Of a DNA stretch of 64,000 nt, positions 40,901-54,394 are shown piece by piece. The notes under the pieces were generated by a model that was not told the DNA's origin, searched no databases, and saw only the letters and a program-made list of their open reading frames with translations. The DNA lies in assembly GCA_964057225.1 (NCBI GenBank), contig OZ059896.1:22196001-22260000 (forward strand), read 5' to 3'. Source of the stretch: Auanema rhodensis (lineage: Eukaryota; Animalia; Nematoda). How positions within the stretch are numbered: position 1 is the stretch's first letter; each line of letters opens with the position of its first letter. A program made the translations under genes and the position numbers.

Positions 40901-43900
40901 AATTTTTGTATCAAACGTTTCTCAATGTAGTATAGTGCATTCGATGCGGATTTTTAAGCTGCGTCGATCTGTGTTATCAGATTTGCGCTAGCTTAAAAAT
41001 GCACCGAGATATCAACTGATGTAAGTTCACACTTATATCCTCGATTTTCACCCTGAAGAATTAATTTTTTCGTTGAATAACATTGTCCATCGTCTTTGCC
41101 TTGAAAAAAGGAATCTAAAAACATCTACTTTTTGCTAAATTATTTTGAAATTTTTCGAAAAAATTTTTGTCAAAATGTTTTTGGAAGCAATGTTGAGTGT
41201 ACATGGAAACTCAACATACACTAATGCATCATTTTTCAAACGATCATAACTAATTTTTGTATTAAGCGTTTCTCAATGTAGTATAGTGCATTCGATGCGG
41301 ATTTTTAAGCTGCGTCGATCTGTGTTATCAGATTTGCGCTAGCTTAAAAATGCACCGAGATATCAACTGATGTAAGTTCACACTTATATCCTCGATTTTC
41401 ACCCTGAAGAATTAATTTTTTCGTTGAATAACATTGTCCATCGTCTTTGCCTAGAAAAAAGGAATCTAAAAACATATACTTTTTGCTAAATTATTTTGAA
41501 ATTTTTCGAAAAAATTTTTGTCAAAATGTTTTTGGAAGCAATGTTGAGTGTACATGGAAACTCAACATACACTAATGCATCATTTTTCAAACGATCATAA
41601 CTAATTTTTGTATCAAGCGTTTCTCAATGTAGTATAGTGCATTCGATGCGAATTTTTAAGCTGCGTCGATCTGTGTTATCAGATTTGCGCTAGCTTAAAA
41701 ATGCACCGAGATATCAACTGATATAAGTTCACACTTATATCCTCGATTTTCACCCTGAAGAATTAATTTTTTCGTTGAATAACATTGTCCATCGTCTTTG
41801 CCTAGAAAAAAGGAATCTAAAAACATCTACTTTTTGCTAAATTATTTTGAAATTTTTCGAAAAAATTTTTGTCAAAATGTTTTTGGAAGCAATGTTGAGT
41901 GTACATGGAAACTCAACATACACTAATGCATCATTTTTCAAACGATCATAACTAATTTTTGTATCAAGCGTTTCTCAATGTAGTATAGTGCATTCGATGC
42001 GGATTTTTAAGCTGCGTCGATCTGTGTTATCAGATTTGCGCTAGCTTAAAAATGCACCGAGATATCAACTGATATAAGTTTACACTTATATCCTCGATTT
42101 TCACCCTGAAGAATTAATTTTTTCGTTAAATAACATTGTCCATCGTCTTTGCCTTGAAAAATGGAATCTAAAAACATCTACTTTTTGCTAAATTATTTTG
42201 AAATTTTTCGAAAAAATTTTTGTCAAAATGTTTTTGGAAGCAATGTTGAGTGTACATGGAAACTCAACATACACTAATGCATCATTTTTCAAACGATCAT
42301 AACTAATTTTTGTATCAAGCGTTTCTCAATGTAGTATAGTGCATTCGATGCGAATTTTTAAGCTGCGTCGATCTGTGTTATCAGATTTGCGCTAGCTTAA
42401 AAATGCACCGAGATATCAACTGATATAAGTTCACACTTATATCCTCGATTTTCACCCTGAAGAATTAATTTTTTCGTTGAATAACATTGTCCATCGTCTT
42501 TGCCTTAAAAACAGGAATCTAAAAACATCTACTTTTTGCTAAATTATTTTGAAATTTTTCGAAAAAATTTTTGTCAAAATGTTTTTGGAAGCAATGTTGA
42601 GTGTACATGGAAACTCAACATACACTAATGCATCATTTTTCAAACGATCATAACTAATTTTTGTTTCAAACGTTTCTCAATGTAGTATAGTGCATTCGAT
42701 GCGGATTTTTGAGCTGCGTCGATCTGTGTTATCAGATTTGCGCTAGCTTAAAAATGCACCGAGATATCAACTGATATAAGTTCACACTTATATCCTCGAT
42801 TTTCACCCTGAAGAATTAATTTTTTCGTTGAATAACATTGTCCATCGTCTTTGCCTTGAAAAAAGGAATCTAAAAACATCTACTTTTTGCTGAATTATTT
42901 TGAAATTTTTCGAAAAAATTTTTGTCAAAATGTTTTTGGAAGCAATGTTGAGTGTACATGGAAACTCAACATACACTAATGCATCATTTTTCAAACGATC
43001 ATAACTAATTTTTGTATTAAGCGTTTCTCAATGTAGTATAGTGCATTCGATGCGGATTTTTAAGCTGCGTCGATCTGTGTTATCAGATTTGCGCTAGCTT
43101 AAAAATGCACCGAGATATCAACTGATGTAAGTTCACACTTATATCCTCGATTTTCACCCTGAAGAATTAATTTTTTCGTTGAATAACATTGTCCATCGTC
43201 TTTGCCTAGAAAAAAGGAATCTAAAAACATATACTTTTTGCTAAATTATTTTGAAATTTTTCGAAAAAATTTTTGTCAAAATGTTTTTGGAAGCAATGTT
43301 GAGTGTACATGGAAACTCAACATACACTAATGCATCATTTTTCAAACGATCATAACTAATTTTTGTATCAAGCGTTTCTCAATGTAGTATAGTGCATTCG
43401 ATGCGGATTTTTAAGCTGCGTCGATCTGTGTTATCAGATTTGCGCTAGCTTAAAAATGCACCGAGATATCAACTGATATAAGTTCACACTTATATCCTCG
43501 ATTTTCACCCTGAAGAATTAATTTTTTCGTTGAATAACATTGTCCATCGTCTTTGCCTTGAAAAAAGGAATCTAAAAACATCTACTTTTTGCTGAATTAT
43601 TTTGAAATTTTTCGAAAAAATTTTTGTCAAAATGTTTTTGGAAGCAATGTTGAGTGTACATGGAAACTCAACATACACTAATGCATCATTTTTCAAACGA
43701 TCATAACTAATTTTTGTATTAAGCGTTTCTCAATGTAGTATAGTGCATTCGATGCGGATTTTTAAGCTGCGTCGATCTGTGTTATCAGATTTGCGCTAGC
43801 TTAAAAATGCACCGAGATATCAACTGATGTAAGTTCACACTTATATCCTCGATTTTCACCCTGAAGAATTAATTTTTTCGTTGAATAACATTGTCCATCG

Positions 43901-46900
43901 TCTTTGCCTAGAAAAAAGGAATCTAAAAACATATACTTTTTGCTAAATTATTTTGAAATTTTTCGAAAAAATTTTTGTCAAAATGTTTTTGGAAGCAATG
44001 TTGAGTGTACATGGAAACTCAACATACACTAATGCATCATTTTTCAAACGATCATAACTAATTTTTGTATCAAGCGTTTCTCAATGTAGTATAGTGCATT
44101 CGATGCGAATTTTTAAGCTGCGTCGATCTGTGTTATCAGATTTGCGCTAGCTTAAAAATGCACCGAGATATCAACTGATATAAGTTCACACTTATATCCT
44201 CGATTTTCACCCTGAAGAATTAATTTTTTCGTTGAATAACATTGTCCATCGTCTTTGCCTAGAAAAAAGGAATCTAAAAACATCTACTTTTTGCTAAATT
44301 ATTTTGAAATTTTTCGAAAAAATTTTTGTCAAAATGTTTTTGGAAGCAATGTTGAGTGTACATGGAAACTCAACATACACTAATGCATCATTTTTCAAAC
44401 GATCATAACTAATTTTTGTATCAAGCGTTTCTCAATGTAGTATAGTGCATTCGATGCGGATTTTTAAGCTGCGTCGATCTGTGTTATCAGATTTGCGCTA
44501 GCTTAAAAATGCACCGAGATATCAACTGATATAAGTTTACACTTATATCCTCGATTTTCACCCTGAAGAATTAATTTTTTCGTTAAATAACATTGTCCAT
44601 CGTCTTTGCCTTGAAAAATGGAATCTAAAAACATCTACTTTTTGCTAAATTATTTTGAAATTTTTCGAAAAAATTTTTGTCAAAATGTTTTTGGAAGCAA
44701 TGTTGAGTGTACATGGAAACTCAACATACACTAATGCATCATTTTTCAAACGATCATAACTAATTTTTGTATCAAGCGTTTCTCAATGTAGTATAGTGCA
44801 TTCGATGCGAATTTTTAAGCTGCGTCGATCTGTGTTATCAGATTTGCGCTAGCTTAAAAATGCACCGAGATATCAACTGATATAAGTTCACACTTATATC
44901 CTCGATTTTCACCCTGAAGAATTAATTTTTTCGTTGAATAACATTGTCCATCGTCTTTGCCTTAAAAACAGGAATCTAAAAACATCTACTTTTTGCTAAA
45001 TTATTTTGAAATTTTTCGAAAAAATTTTTGTCAAAATGTTTTTGGAAGCAATGTTGAGTGTACATGGAAACTCAACATACACTAATGCATCATTTTTCAA
45101 ACGATCATAACTAATTTTTGTATCAAACGTTTCTCAATGTAGTATAGTGCATTCGATGCGGATTTTTAAGCTGCGTCGATCTGTGTTATCAGATTTGCGC
45201 TAGCTTAAAAATGCACCGAGATATCAACTGATATAAGTTCACACTTATATCCTCGATTTTCACCCTGAAGAATTAATTTTTTCGTTGAATAACATTGTCC
45301 ATCGTCTTTGCCTTAAAAACAGGAATCTAAAAACATCTACTTTTTGCTAAATTATTTTGAAATTTTTCGAAAAAATTTTTGTCAAAATGTTTTTGGAAGC
45401 AATGTTGAGTGTACATGGAAACTCAACATACACTAATGCATCATTTTTCAAACGATCATAACTAATTTTTGTATCAAACGTTTCTCAATGTAGTATAGTG
45501 CATTCGATGCGGATTTTTGAGCTGCGTCGATCTGTGTTATCAGATTTGCGCTAGCTTAAAAATGCACCGAGATATCAACTGATATAAGTTCACACTTATA
45601 TCCTCGATTTTCACCCTGAAGAATTAATTTTTTCGTTGAATAACATTGTCCATCGTCTTTGCCTTAAAAACAGGAATCTAAAAACATCTACTTTTTGCTA
45701 AATTATTTTGAAATTTTTCGAAAAAATTTTTGTCAAAATGTTTTTGGAAGCAATGTTGAGTGTACATGGAAACTCAACATACACTAATGCATCATTTTTC
45801 AAACGATCATAACTAATTTTTGTATCAAACGTTTCTCAATGTAGTATAGTGCATTCGATGCGGATTTTTAAGCTGCGTCGATCTGTGTTATCAGATTTGC
45901 GCTAGCTTAAAAATGCACCGAGATATCAACTGATATAAGTTCACACTTATATCCTCGATTTTCACCCTGAAGAATTAATTTTTTCGTTGAATAACATTGT
46001 CCATCGTCTTTGCCTTAAAAACAGGAATCTAAAAACATCTACTTTTTGCTAAATTATTTTGAAATTTTTCGAAAAAATTTTTGTCAAAATGTTTTTGGAA
46101 GCAATGTTGAGTGTACATGGAAACTCAACATACACTAATGCATCATTTTTCAAACGATCATAACTAATTTTTGTATCAAACGTTTCTCAATGTAGTATAG
46201 TGCATTCGATGCGGATTTTTAAGCTGCGTCGATCTGTGTTATCAGATTTGCGCTAGCTTAAAAATGCACCGAGATATCAACTGATATAAGTTCACACTTA
46301 TATCCTCGATTTTCACCCTGAAGAATTAATTTTTTCGTTGAATAACATTGTCCATCGTCTTTGCCTTAAAAACAGGAATCTAAAAACATCTACTTTTTGC
46401 TAAATTATTTTGAAATTTTTCGAAAAAATTTTTGTCAAAATGTTTTTGGAAGCAATGTTGAGTGTACATGGAAACTCAACATACACTAATGCATCATTTT
46501 TCAAACGATCATAACTAATTTTTGTATCAAACGTTTCTCAATGTAGTATAGTGCATTCGATGCGGATTTTTGAGCTGCGTCGATCTGTGTTATCAGATTT
46601 GCGCTAGCTTAAAAATGCACCGAGATATCAACTGATATAAGTTCACACTTATATCCTCGATTTTCACCCTGAAGAATTAATTTTTTCGTTGAATAACATT
46701 GTCCATCGTCTTTGCCTTAAAAACAGGAATCTAAAAACATCTACTTTTTGCTAAATTATTTTGAAATTTTTCGAAAAAATTTTTGTCAAAATGTTTTTGG
46801 AAGCAATGTTGAGTGTACATGGAAACTCAACATACACTAATGCATCATTTTTCAAACGATCATAACTAATTTTTGTATCAAACGTTTCTCAATGTAGTAT

Positions 46901-49900
46901 AGTGCATTCGATGCGGATTTTTAAGCTGCGTCGATCTGTGTTATCAGATTTGCGCTAGCTTAAAAATGCACCGAGATATCAACTGATGTAAGTTCACACT
47001 TATATCCTCGATTTTCACCCTGAAGAATTAATTTTTTCGTTGAATAACATTGTCCATCGTCTTTGCCTTGAAAAAAGGAATCTAAAAACATCTACTTTTT
47101 GCTAAATTATTTTGAAATTTTTCGAAAAAATTTTTGTCAAAATGTTTTTGGAAGCAATGTTGAGTGTACATGGAAACTCAACATACACTAATGCATCATT
47201 TTTCAAACGATCATAACTAATTTTTGTTTCAAACGTTTCTCAATGTAGTATAGTGCATTCGATGCGGATTTTTGAGCTGCGTCGATCTGTGTTATCAGAT
47301 TTGCGCTAGCTTAAAAATGCACCGAGATATCAACTGATATAAGTTCACACTTATATCCTCGATCTTCACCCTGAAGAATTAATTTTTTCGTTGAATAACA
47401 TTGTCCATCGTCTTTGCCTTGAAAAAAGGAATCTAAAAACATCTACTTTTTGCTGAATTATTTTGAAATTTTTCGAAAAAATTTTTGTCAAAATGTTTTT
47501 GGAAGCAATGTTGAGTGTACATGGAAACTCAACATACACTAATGCATCATTTTTCAAACGATCATAACTAATTTTTGTATTAAGCGTTTCTCAATGTAGT
47601 ATAGTGCATTCGATGCGGATTTTTAAGCTGCGTCGATCTGTGTTATCAGATTTGCGCTAGCTTAAAAATGCACCGAGATATCAACTGATGTAAGTTCACA
47701 CTTATATCCTCGATTTTCACCCTGAAGAATTAATTTTTTCGTTGAATAACATTGTCCATCGTCTTTGCCTAGAAAAAAGGAATCTAAAAACATATACTTT
47801 TTGCTAAATTATTTTGAAATTTTTCGAAAAAATTTTTGTCAAAATGTTTTTGGAAGCAATGTTGAGTGTACATGGAAACTCAACATACACTAATGCATCA
47901 TTTTTCAAACGATCATAACTAATTTTTGTATCAAACGTTTCTCAATGTAGTATAGTGCATTCGATGCGGATTTTTGAGCTGCGTCGATCTGTGTTATCAG
48001 ATTTGCGCTAGCTTAAAAATGCACCGAGATATCAACTGATATAAGTTCACACTTATATCCTCGATTTTCACCCTGAAGAATTAATTTTTTCGTTGAATAA
48101 CATTGTCCATCGTCTTTGCCTTAAAAACAGGAATCTAAAAACATCTACTTTTTGCTAAATTATTTTGAAATTTTTCGAAAAAATTTTTGTCAAAATGTTT
48201 TTGGAAGCAATGTTGAGTGTACATGGAAACTCAACATACACTAATGCATCATTTTTCAAACGATCATAACTAATTTTTGTATCAAACGTTTCTCAATGTA
48301 GTATAGTGCATTCGATGCGGATTTTTAAGCTGCGTCGATCTGTGTTATCAGATTTGCGCTAGCTTAAAAATGCACCGAGATATCAACTGATGTAAGTTCA
48401 CACTTATATCCTCGATTTTCACCCTGAAGAATTAATTTTTTCGTTGAATAACATTGTCCATCGTCTTTGCCTTGAAAAAAGGAATCTAAAAACATCTACT
48501 TTTTGCTAAATTATTTTGAAATTTTTCGAAAAAATTTTTGTCAAAATGTTTTTGGAAGCAATGTTGAGTGTACATGGAAACTCAACATACACTAATGCAT
48601 CATTTTTCAAACGATCATAACTAATTTTTGTTTCAAACGTTTCTCAATGTAGTATAGTGCATTCGATGCGGATTTTTAAGCTGCGTCGATCTGTGTTATC
48701 AGATTTGCGCTAGCTTAAAAATGCACCGAGATATCAACTGATATAAGTTCACACTTATATCCTCGATTTTCACCCTGAAGAATTAATTTTTTCGTTGAAT
48801 AACATTGTCCATCGTCTTTGCCTTGAAAAAAGGAATCTAAAAACATCTACTTTTTGCTGAATTATTTTGAAATTTTTCGAAAAAATTTTTGTCAAAATGT
48901 TTTTGGAAGCAATGTTGAGTGTACATGGAAACTCAACATACACTAATGCATCATTTTTCAAACGATCATAACTAATTTTTGTATTAAGCGTTTCTCAATG
49001 TAGTATAGTGCATTCGATGCGGATTTTTAAGCTGCGTCGATCTGTGTTATCAGATTTGCGCTAGCTTAAAAATGCACCGAGATATCAACTGATGTAAGTT
49101 CACACTTATATCCTCGATTTTCACCCTGAAGAATTAATTTTTTCGTTGAATAACATTGTCCATCGTCTTTGCCTAGAAAAAAGGAATCTAAAAACATATA
49201 CTTTTTGCTAAATTATTTTGAAATTTTTCGAAAAAATTTTTGTCAAAATGTTTTTGGAAGCAATGTTGAGTGTACATGGAAACTCAACATACACTAATGC
49301 ATCATTTTTCAAACGATCATAACTAATTTTTGTATCAAGCGTTTCTCAATGTAGTATAGTGCATTCGATGCGGATTTTTGAGCTGCGTCGATCTGTGTTA
49401 TCAGATTTGCGCTAGCTTAAAAATGCACCGAGATATCAACTGATATAAGTTCACACTTATATCCTCGATTTTCACCCTGAAGAATTAATTTTTTCGTTGA
49501 ATAACATTGTCCATCGTCTTTGCCTTAAAAACAGGAATCTAAAAACATCTACTTTTTGCTAAATTATTTTGAAATTTTTCGAAAAAATTTTTGTCAAAAT
49601 GTTTTTGGAAGCAATGTTGAGTGTACATGGAAACTCAACATACACTAATGCATCATTTTTCAAACGATCATAACTAATTTTTGTATCAAACGTTTCTCAA
49701 TGTAGTATAGTGCATTCGATGCGGATTTTTAAGCTGCGTCGATCTGTGTTATCAGATTTGCGCTAGCTTAAAAATGCACCGAGATATCAACTGATGTAAG
49801 TTCACACTTATATCCTCGATTTTCACCCTGAAGAATTAATTTTTTCGTTGAATAACATTGTCCATCGTCTTTGCCTTGAAAAAAGGAATCTAAAAACATC

Positions 49901-52900
49901 TACTTTTTGCTAAATTATTTTGAAATTTTTCGAAAAAATTTTTGTCAAAATGTTTTTGGAAGCAATGTTGAGTGTACATGGAAACTCAACATACACTAAT
50001 GCATCATTTTTCAAACGATCATAACTAATTTTTGTTTCAAACGTTTCTCAATGTAGTATAGTGCATTCGATGCGGATTTTTGAGCTGCGTCGATCTGTGT
50101 TATCAGATTTGCGCTAGCTTAAAAATGCACCGAGATATCAACTGATATAAGTTCACACTTATATCCTCGATCTTCACCCTGAAGAATTAATTTTTTCGTT
50201 GAATAACATTGTCCATCGTCTTTGCCTTGAAAAAAGGAATCTAAAAACATCTACTTTTTGCTGAATTATTTTGAAATTTTTCGAAAAAATTTTTGTCAAA
50301 ATGTTTTTGGAAGCAATGTTGAGTGTACATGGAAACTCAACATACACTAATGCATCATTTTTCAAACGATCATAACTAATTTTTGTATTAAGCGTTTCTC
50401 AATGTAGTATAGTGCATTCGATGCGGATTTTTAAGCTGCGTCGATCTGTGTTATCAGATTTGCGCTAGCTTAAAAATGCACCGAGATATCAACTGATGTA
50501 AGTTCACACTTATATCCTCGATTTTCACCCTGAAGAATTAATTTTTTCGTTGAATAACATTGTCCATCGTCTTTGCCTAGAAAAAAGGAATCTAAAAACA
50601 TATACTTTTTGCTAAATTATTTTGAAATTTTTCGAAAAAATTTTTGTCAAAATGTTTTTGGAAGCAATGTTGAGTGTACATGGAAACTCAACATACACTA
50701 ATGCATCATTTTTCAAACGATCATAACTAATTTTTGTATCAAACGTTTCTCAATGTAGTATAGTGCATTCGATGCGGATTTTTGAGCTGCGTCGATCTGT
50801 GTTATCAGATTTGCGCTAGCTTAAAAATGCACCGAGATATCAACTGATATAAGTTCACACTTATATCCTCGATTTTCACCCTGAAGAATTAATTTTTTCG
50901 TTGAATAACATTGTCCATCGTCTTTGCCTTAAAAACAGGAATCTAAAAACATCTACTTTTTGCTAAATTATTTTGAAATTTTTCGAAAAAATTTTTGTCA
51001 AAATGTTTTTGGAAGCAATGTTGAGTGTACATGGAAACTCAACATACACTAATGCATCATTTTTCAAACGATCATAACTAATTTTTGTATCAAACGTTTC
51101 TCAATGTAGTATAGTGCATTCGATGCGGATTTTTAAGCTGCGTCGATCTGTGTTATCAGATTTGCGCTAGCTTAAAAATGCACCGAGATATCAACTGATG
51201 TAAGTTCACACTTATATCCTCGATTTTCACCCTGAAGAATTAATTTTTTCGTTGAATAACATTGTCCATCGTCTTTGCCTTGAAAAAAGGAATCTAAAAA
51301 CATCTACTTTTTGCTAAATTATTTTGAAATTTTTCGAAAAAATTTTTGTCAAAATGTTTTTGGAAGCAATGTTGAGTGTACATGGAAACTCAACATACAC
51401 TAATGCATCATTTTTCAAACGATCATAACTAATTTTTGTTTCAAACGTTTCTCAATGTAGTATAGTGCATTCGATGCGGATTTTTGAGCTGCGTCGATCT
51501 GTGTTATCAGATTTGCGCTAGCTTAAAAATGCACCGAGATATCAACTGATATAAGTTCACACTTATATCCTCGATTTTCACCCTGAAGAATTAATTTTTT
51601 CGTTGAATAACATTGTCCATCGTCTTTGCCTTGAAAAAAGGAATCTAAAAACATCTACTTTTTGCTGAATTATTTTGAAATTTTTCGAAAAAATTTTTGT
51701 CAAAATGTTTTTGGAAGCAATGTTGAGTGTACATGGAAACTCAACATACACTAATGCATCATTTTTCAAACGATCATAACTAATTTTTGTATTAAGCGTT
51801 TCTCAATGTAGTATAGTGCATTCGATGCGGATTTTTAAGCTGCGTCGATCTGTGTTATCAGATTTGCGCTAGCTTAAAAATGCACCGAGATATCAACTGA
51901 TGTAAGTTCACACTTATATCCTCGATTTTCACCCTGAAGAATTAATTTTTTCGTTGAATAACATTGTCCATCGTCTTTGCCTAGAAAAAAGGAATCTAAA
52001 AACATATACTTTTTGCTAAATTATTTTGAAATTTTTCGAAAAAATTTTTGTCAAAATGTTTTTGGAAGCAATGTTGAGTGTACATGGAAACTCAACATAC
52101 ACTAATGCATCATTTTTCAAACGATCATAACTAATTTTTGTATCAAGCGTTTCTCAATGTAGTATAGTGCATTCGATGCGAATTTTTAAGCTGCGTCGAT
52201 CTGTGTTATCAGATTTGCGCTAGCTTAAAAATGCACCGAGATATCAACTGATATAAGTTCACACTTATATCCTCGATTTTCACCCTGAAGAATTAATTTT
52301 TTCGTTGAATAACATTGTCCATCGTCTTTGCCTAGAAAAAAGGAATCTAAAAACATCTACTTTTTGCTAAATTATTTTGAAATTTTTCGAAAAAATTTTT
52401 GTCAAAATGTTTTTGGAAGCAATGTTGAGTGTACATGGAAACTCAACATACACTAATGCATCATTTTTCAAACGATCATAACTAATTTTTGTATCAAGCG
52501 TTTCTCAATGTAGTATAGTGCATTCGATGCGGATTTTTAAGCTGCGTCGATCTGTGTTATCAGATTTGCGCTAGCTTAAAAATGCACCGAGATATCAACT
52601 GATATAAGTTTACACTTATATCCTCGATTTTCACCCTGAAGAATTAATTTTTTCGTTAAATAACATTGTCCATCGTCTTTGCCTTGAAAAATGGAATCTA
52701 AAAACATCTACTTTTTGCTAAATTATTTTGAAATTTTTCGAAAAAATTTTTGTCAAAATGTTTTTGGAAGCAATGTTGAGTGTACATGGAAACTCAACAT
52801 ACACTAATGCATCATTTTTCAAACGATCATAACTAATTTTTGTATCAAACGTTTCTCAATGTAGTATAGTGCATTCGATGCGAATTTTTAAGCTGCGTCG

Positions 52901-54394
52901 ATCTGTGTTATCAGATTTGCGCTAGCTTAAAAATGCACCGAGATATCAACTGATATAAGTTCACACTTATATCCTCGATTTTCACCCTGAAGAATTAATT
53001 TTTTCGTTGAATAACATTGTCCATCGTCTTTGCCTTAAAAACAGGAATCTAAAAACATCTACTTTTTGCTAAATTATTTTGAAATTTTTCGAAAAAATTT
53101 TTGTCAAAATGTTTTTGGAAGCAATGTTGAGTGTACATGGAAACTCAACATACACTAATGCATCATTTTTCAAACGATCATAACTAATTTTTGTATCAAA
53201 CGTTTCTCAATGTAGTATAGTGCATTCGATGCGGATTTTTAAGCTGCGTCGATCTGTGTTATCAGATTTGCGCTAGCTTAAAAATGCACCGAGATATCAA
53301 CTGATGTAAGTTCACACTTATATCCTCGATTTTCACCCTGAAGAATTAATTTTTTCGTTGAATAACATTGTCCATCGTCTTTGCCTTGAAAAAAGGAATC
53401 TAAAAACATCTACTTTTTGCTAAATTATTTTGAAATTTTTCGAAAAAATTTTTGTCAAAATGTTTTTGGAAGCAATGTTGAGTGTACATGGAAACTCAAC
53501 ATACACTAATGCATCATTTTTCAAACGATCATAACTAATTTTTGTTTCAAACGTTTCTCAATGTAGTATAGTGCATTCGATGCGGATTTTTGAGCTGCGT
53601 CGATCTGTGTTATCAGATTTGCGCTAGCTTAAAAATGCACCGAGATATCAACTGATATAAGTTCACACTTATATCCTCGATTTTCACCCTGAAGAATTAA
53701 TTTTTTCGTTGAATAACATTGTCCATCGTCTTTGCCTTGAAAAAAGGAATCTAAAAACATCTACTTTTTGCTGAATTATTTTGAAATTTTTCGAAAAAAT
53801 TTTTGTCAAAATGTTTTTGGAAGCAATGTTGAGTGTACATGGAAACTCAACATACACTAATGCATCATTTTTCAAACGATCATAACTAATTTTTGTATTA
53901 AGCGTTTCTCAATGTAGTATAGTGCATTCGATGCGGATTTTTAAGCTGCGTCGATCTGTGTTATCAGATTTGCGCTAGCTTAAAAATGCACCGAGATATC
54001 AACTGATGTAAGTTCACACTTATATCCTCGATTTTCACCCTGAAGAATTAATTTTTTCGTTGAATAACATTGTCCATCGTCTTTGCCTAGAAAAAAGGAA
54101 TCTAAAAACATCTACTTTTTGCTAAATTATTTTGAAATTTTTCGAAAAAATTTTTGTCAAAATGTTTTTGGAAGCAATGTTGAGTGTACATGGAAACTCA
54201 ACATACACTAATGCATCATTTTTCAAACGATCATAACTAATTTTTGTATCAAGCGTTTCTCAATGTAGTATAGTGCATTCGATGCGGATTTTTAAGCTGC
54301 GTCGATCTGTGTTATCAGATTTGCGCTAGCTTAAAAATGCACCGAGATATCAACTGATATAAGTTTACACTTATATCCTCGATTTTCACCCTGA
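25964..54394 (+). repeat. Domain A-like monomers in shuffled HORs, becoming a regular 4-mer HOR from ~46.7 kb
   Basis: Same markers as 1-5967. GCTGAATT ORF monomers at 47366, 48770, 50174, 51578 (1404 spacing) and 53684 (2106). B-type markers (TTCCTAA, GAATTGATT) at ~30.9-33.7 kb. Confidence 0.85.
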
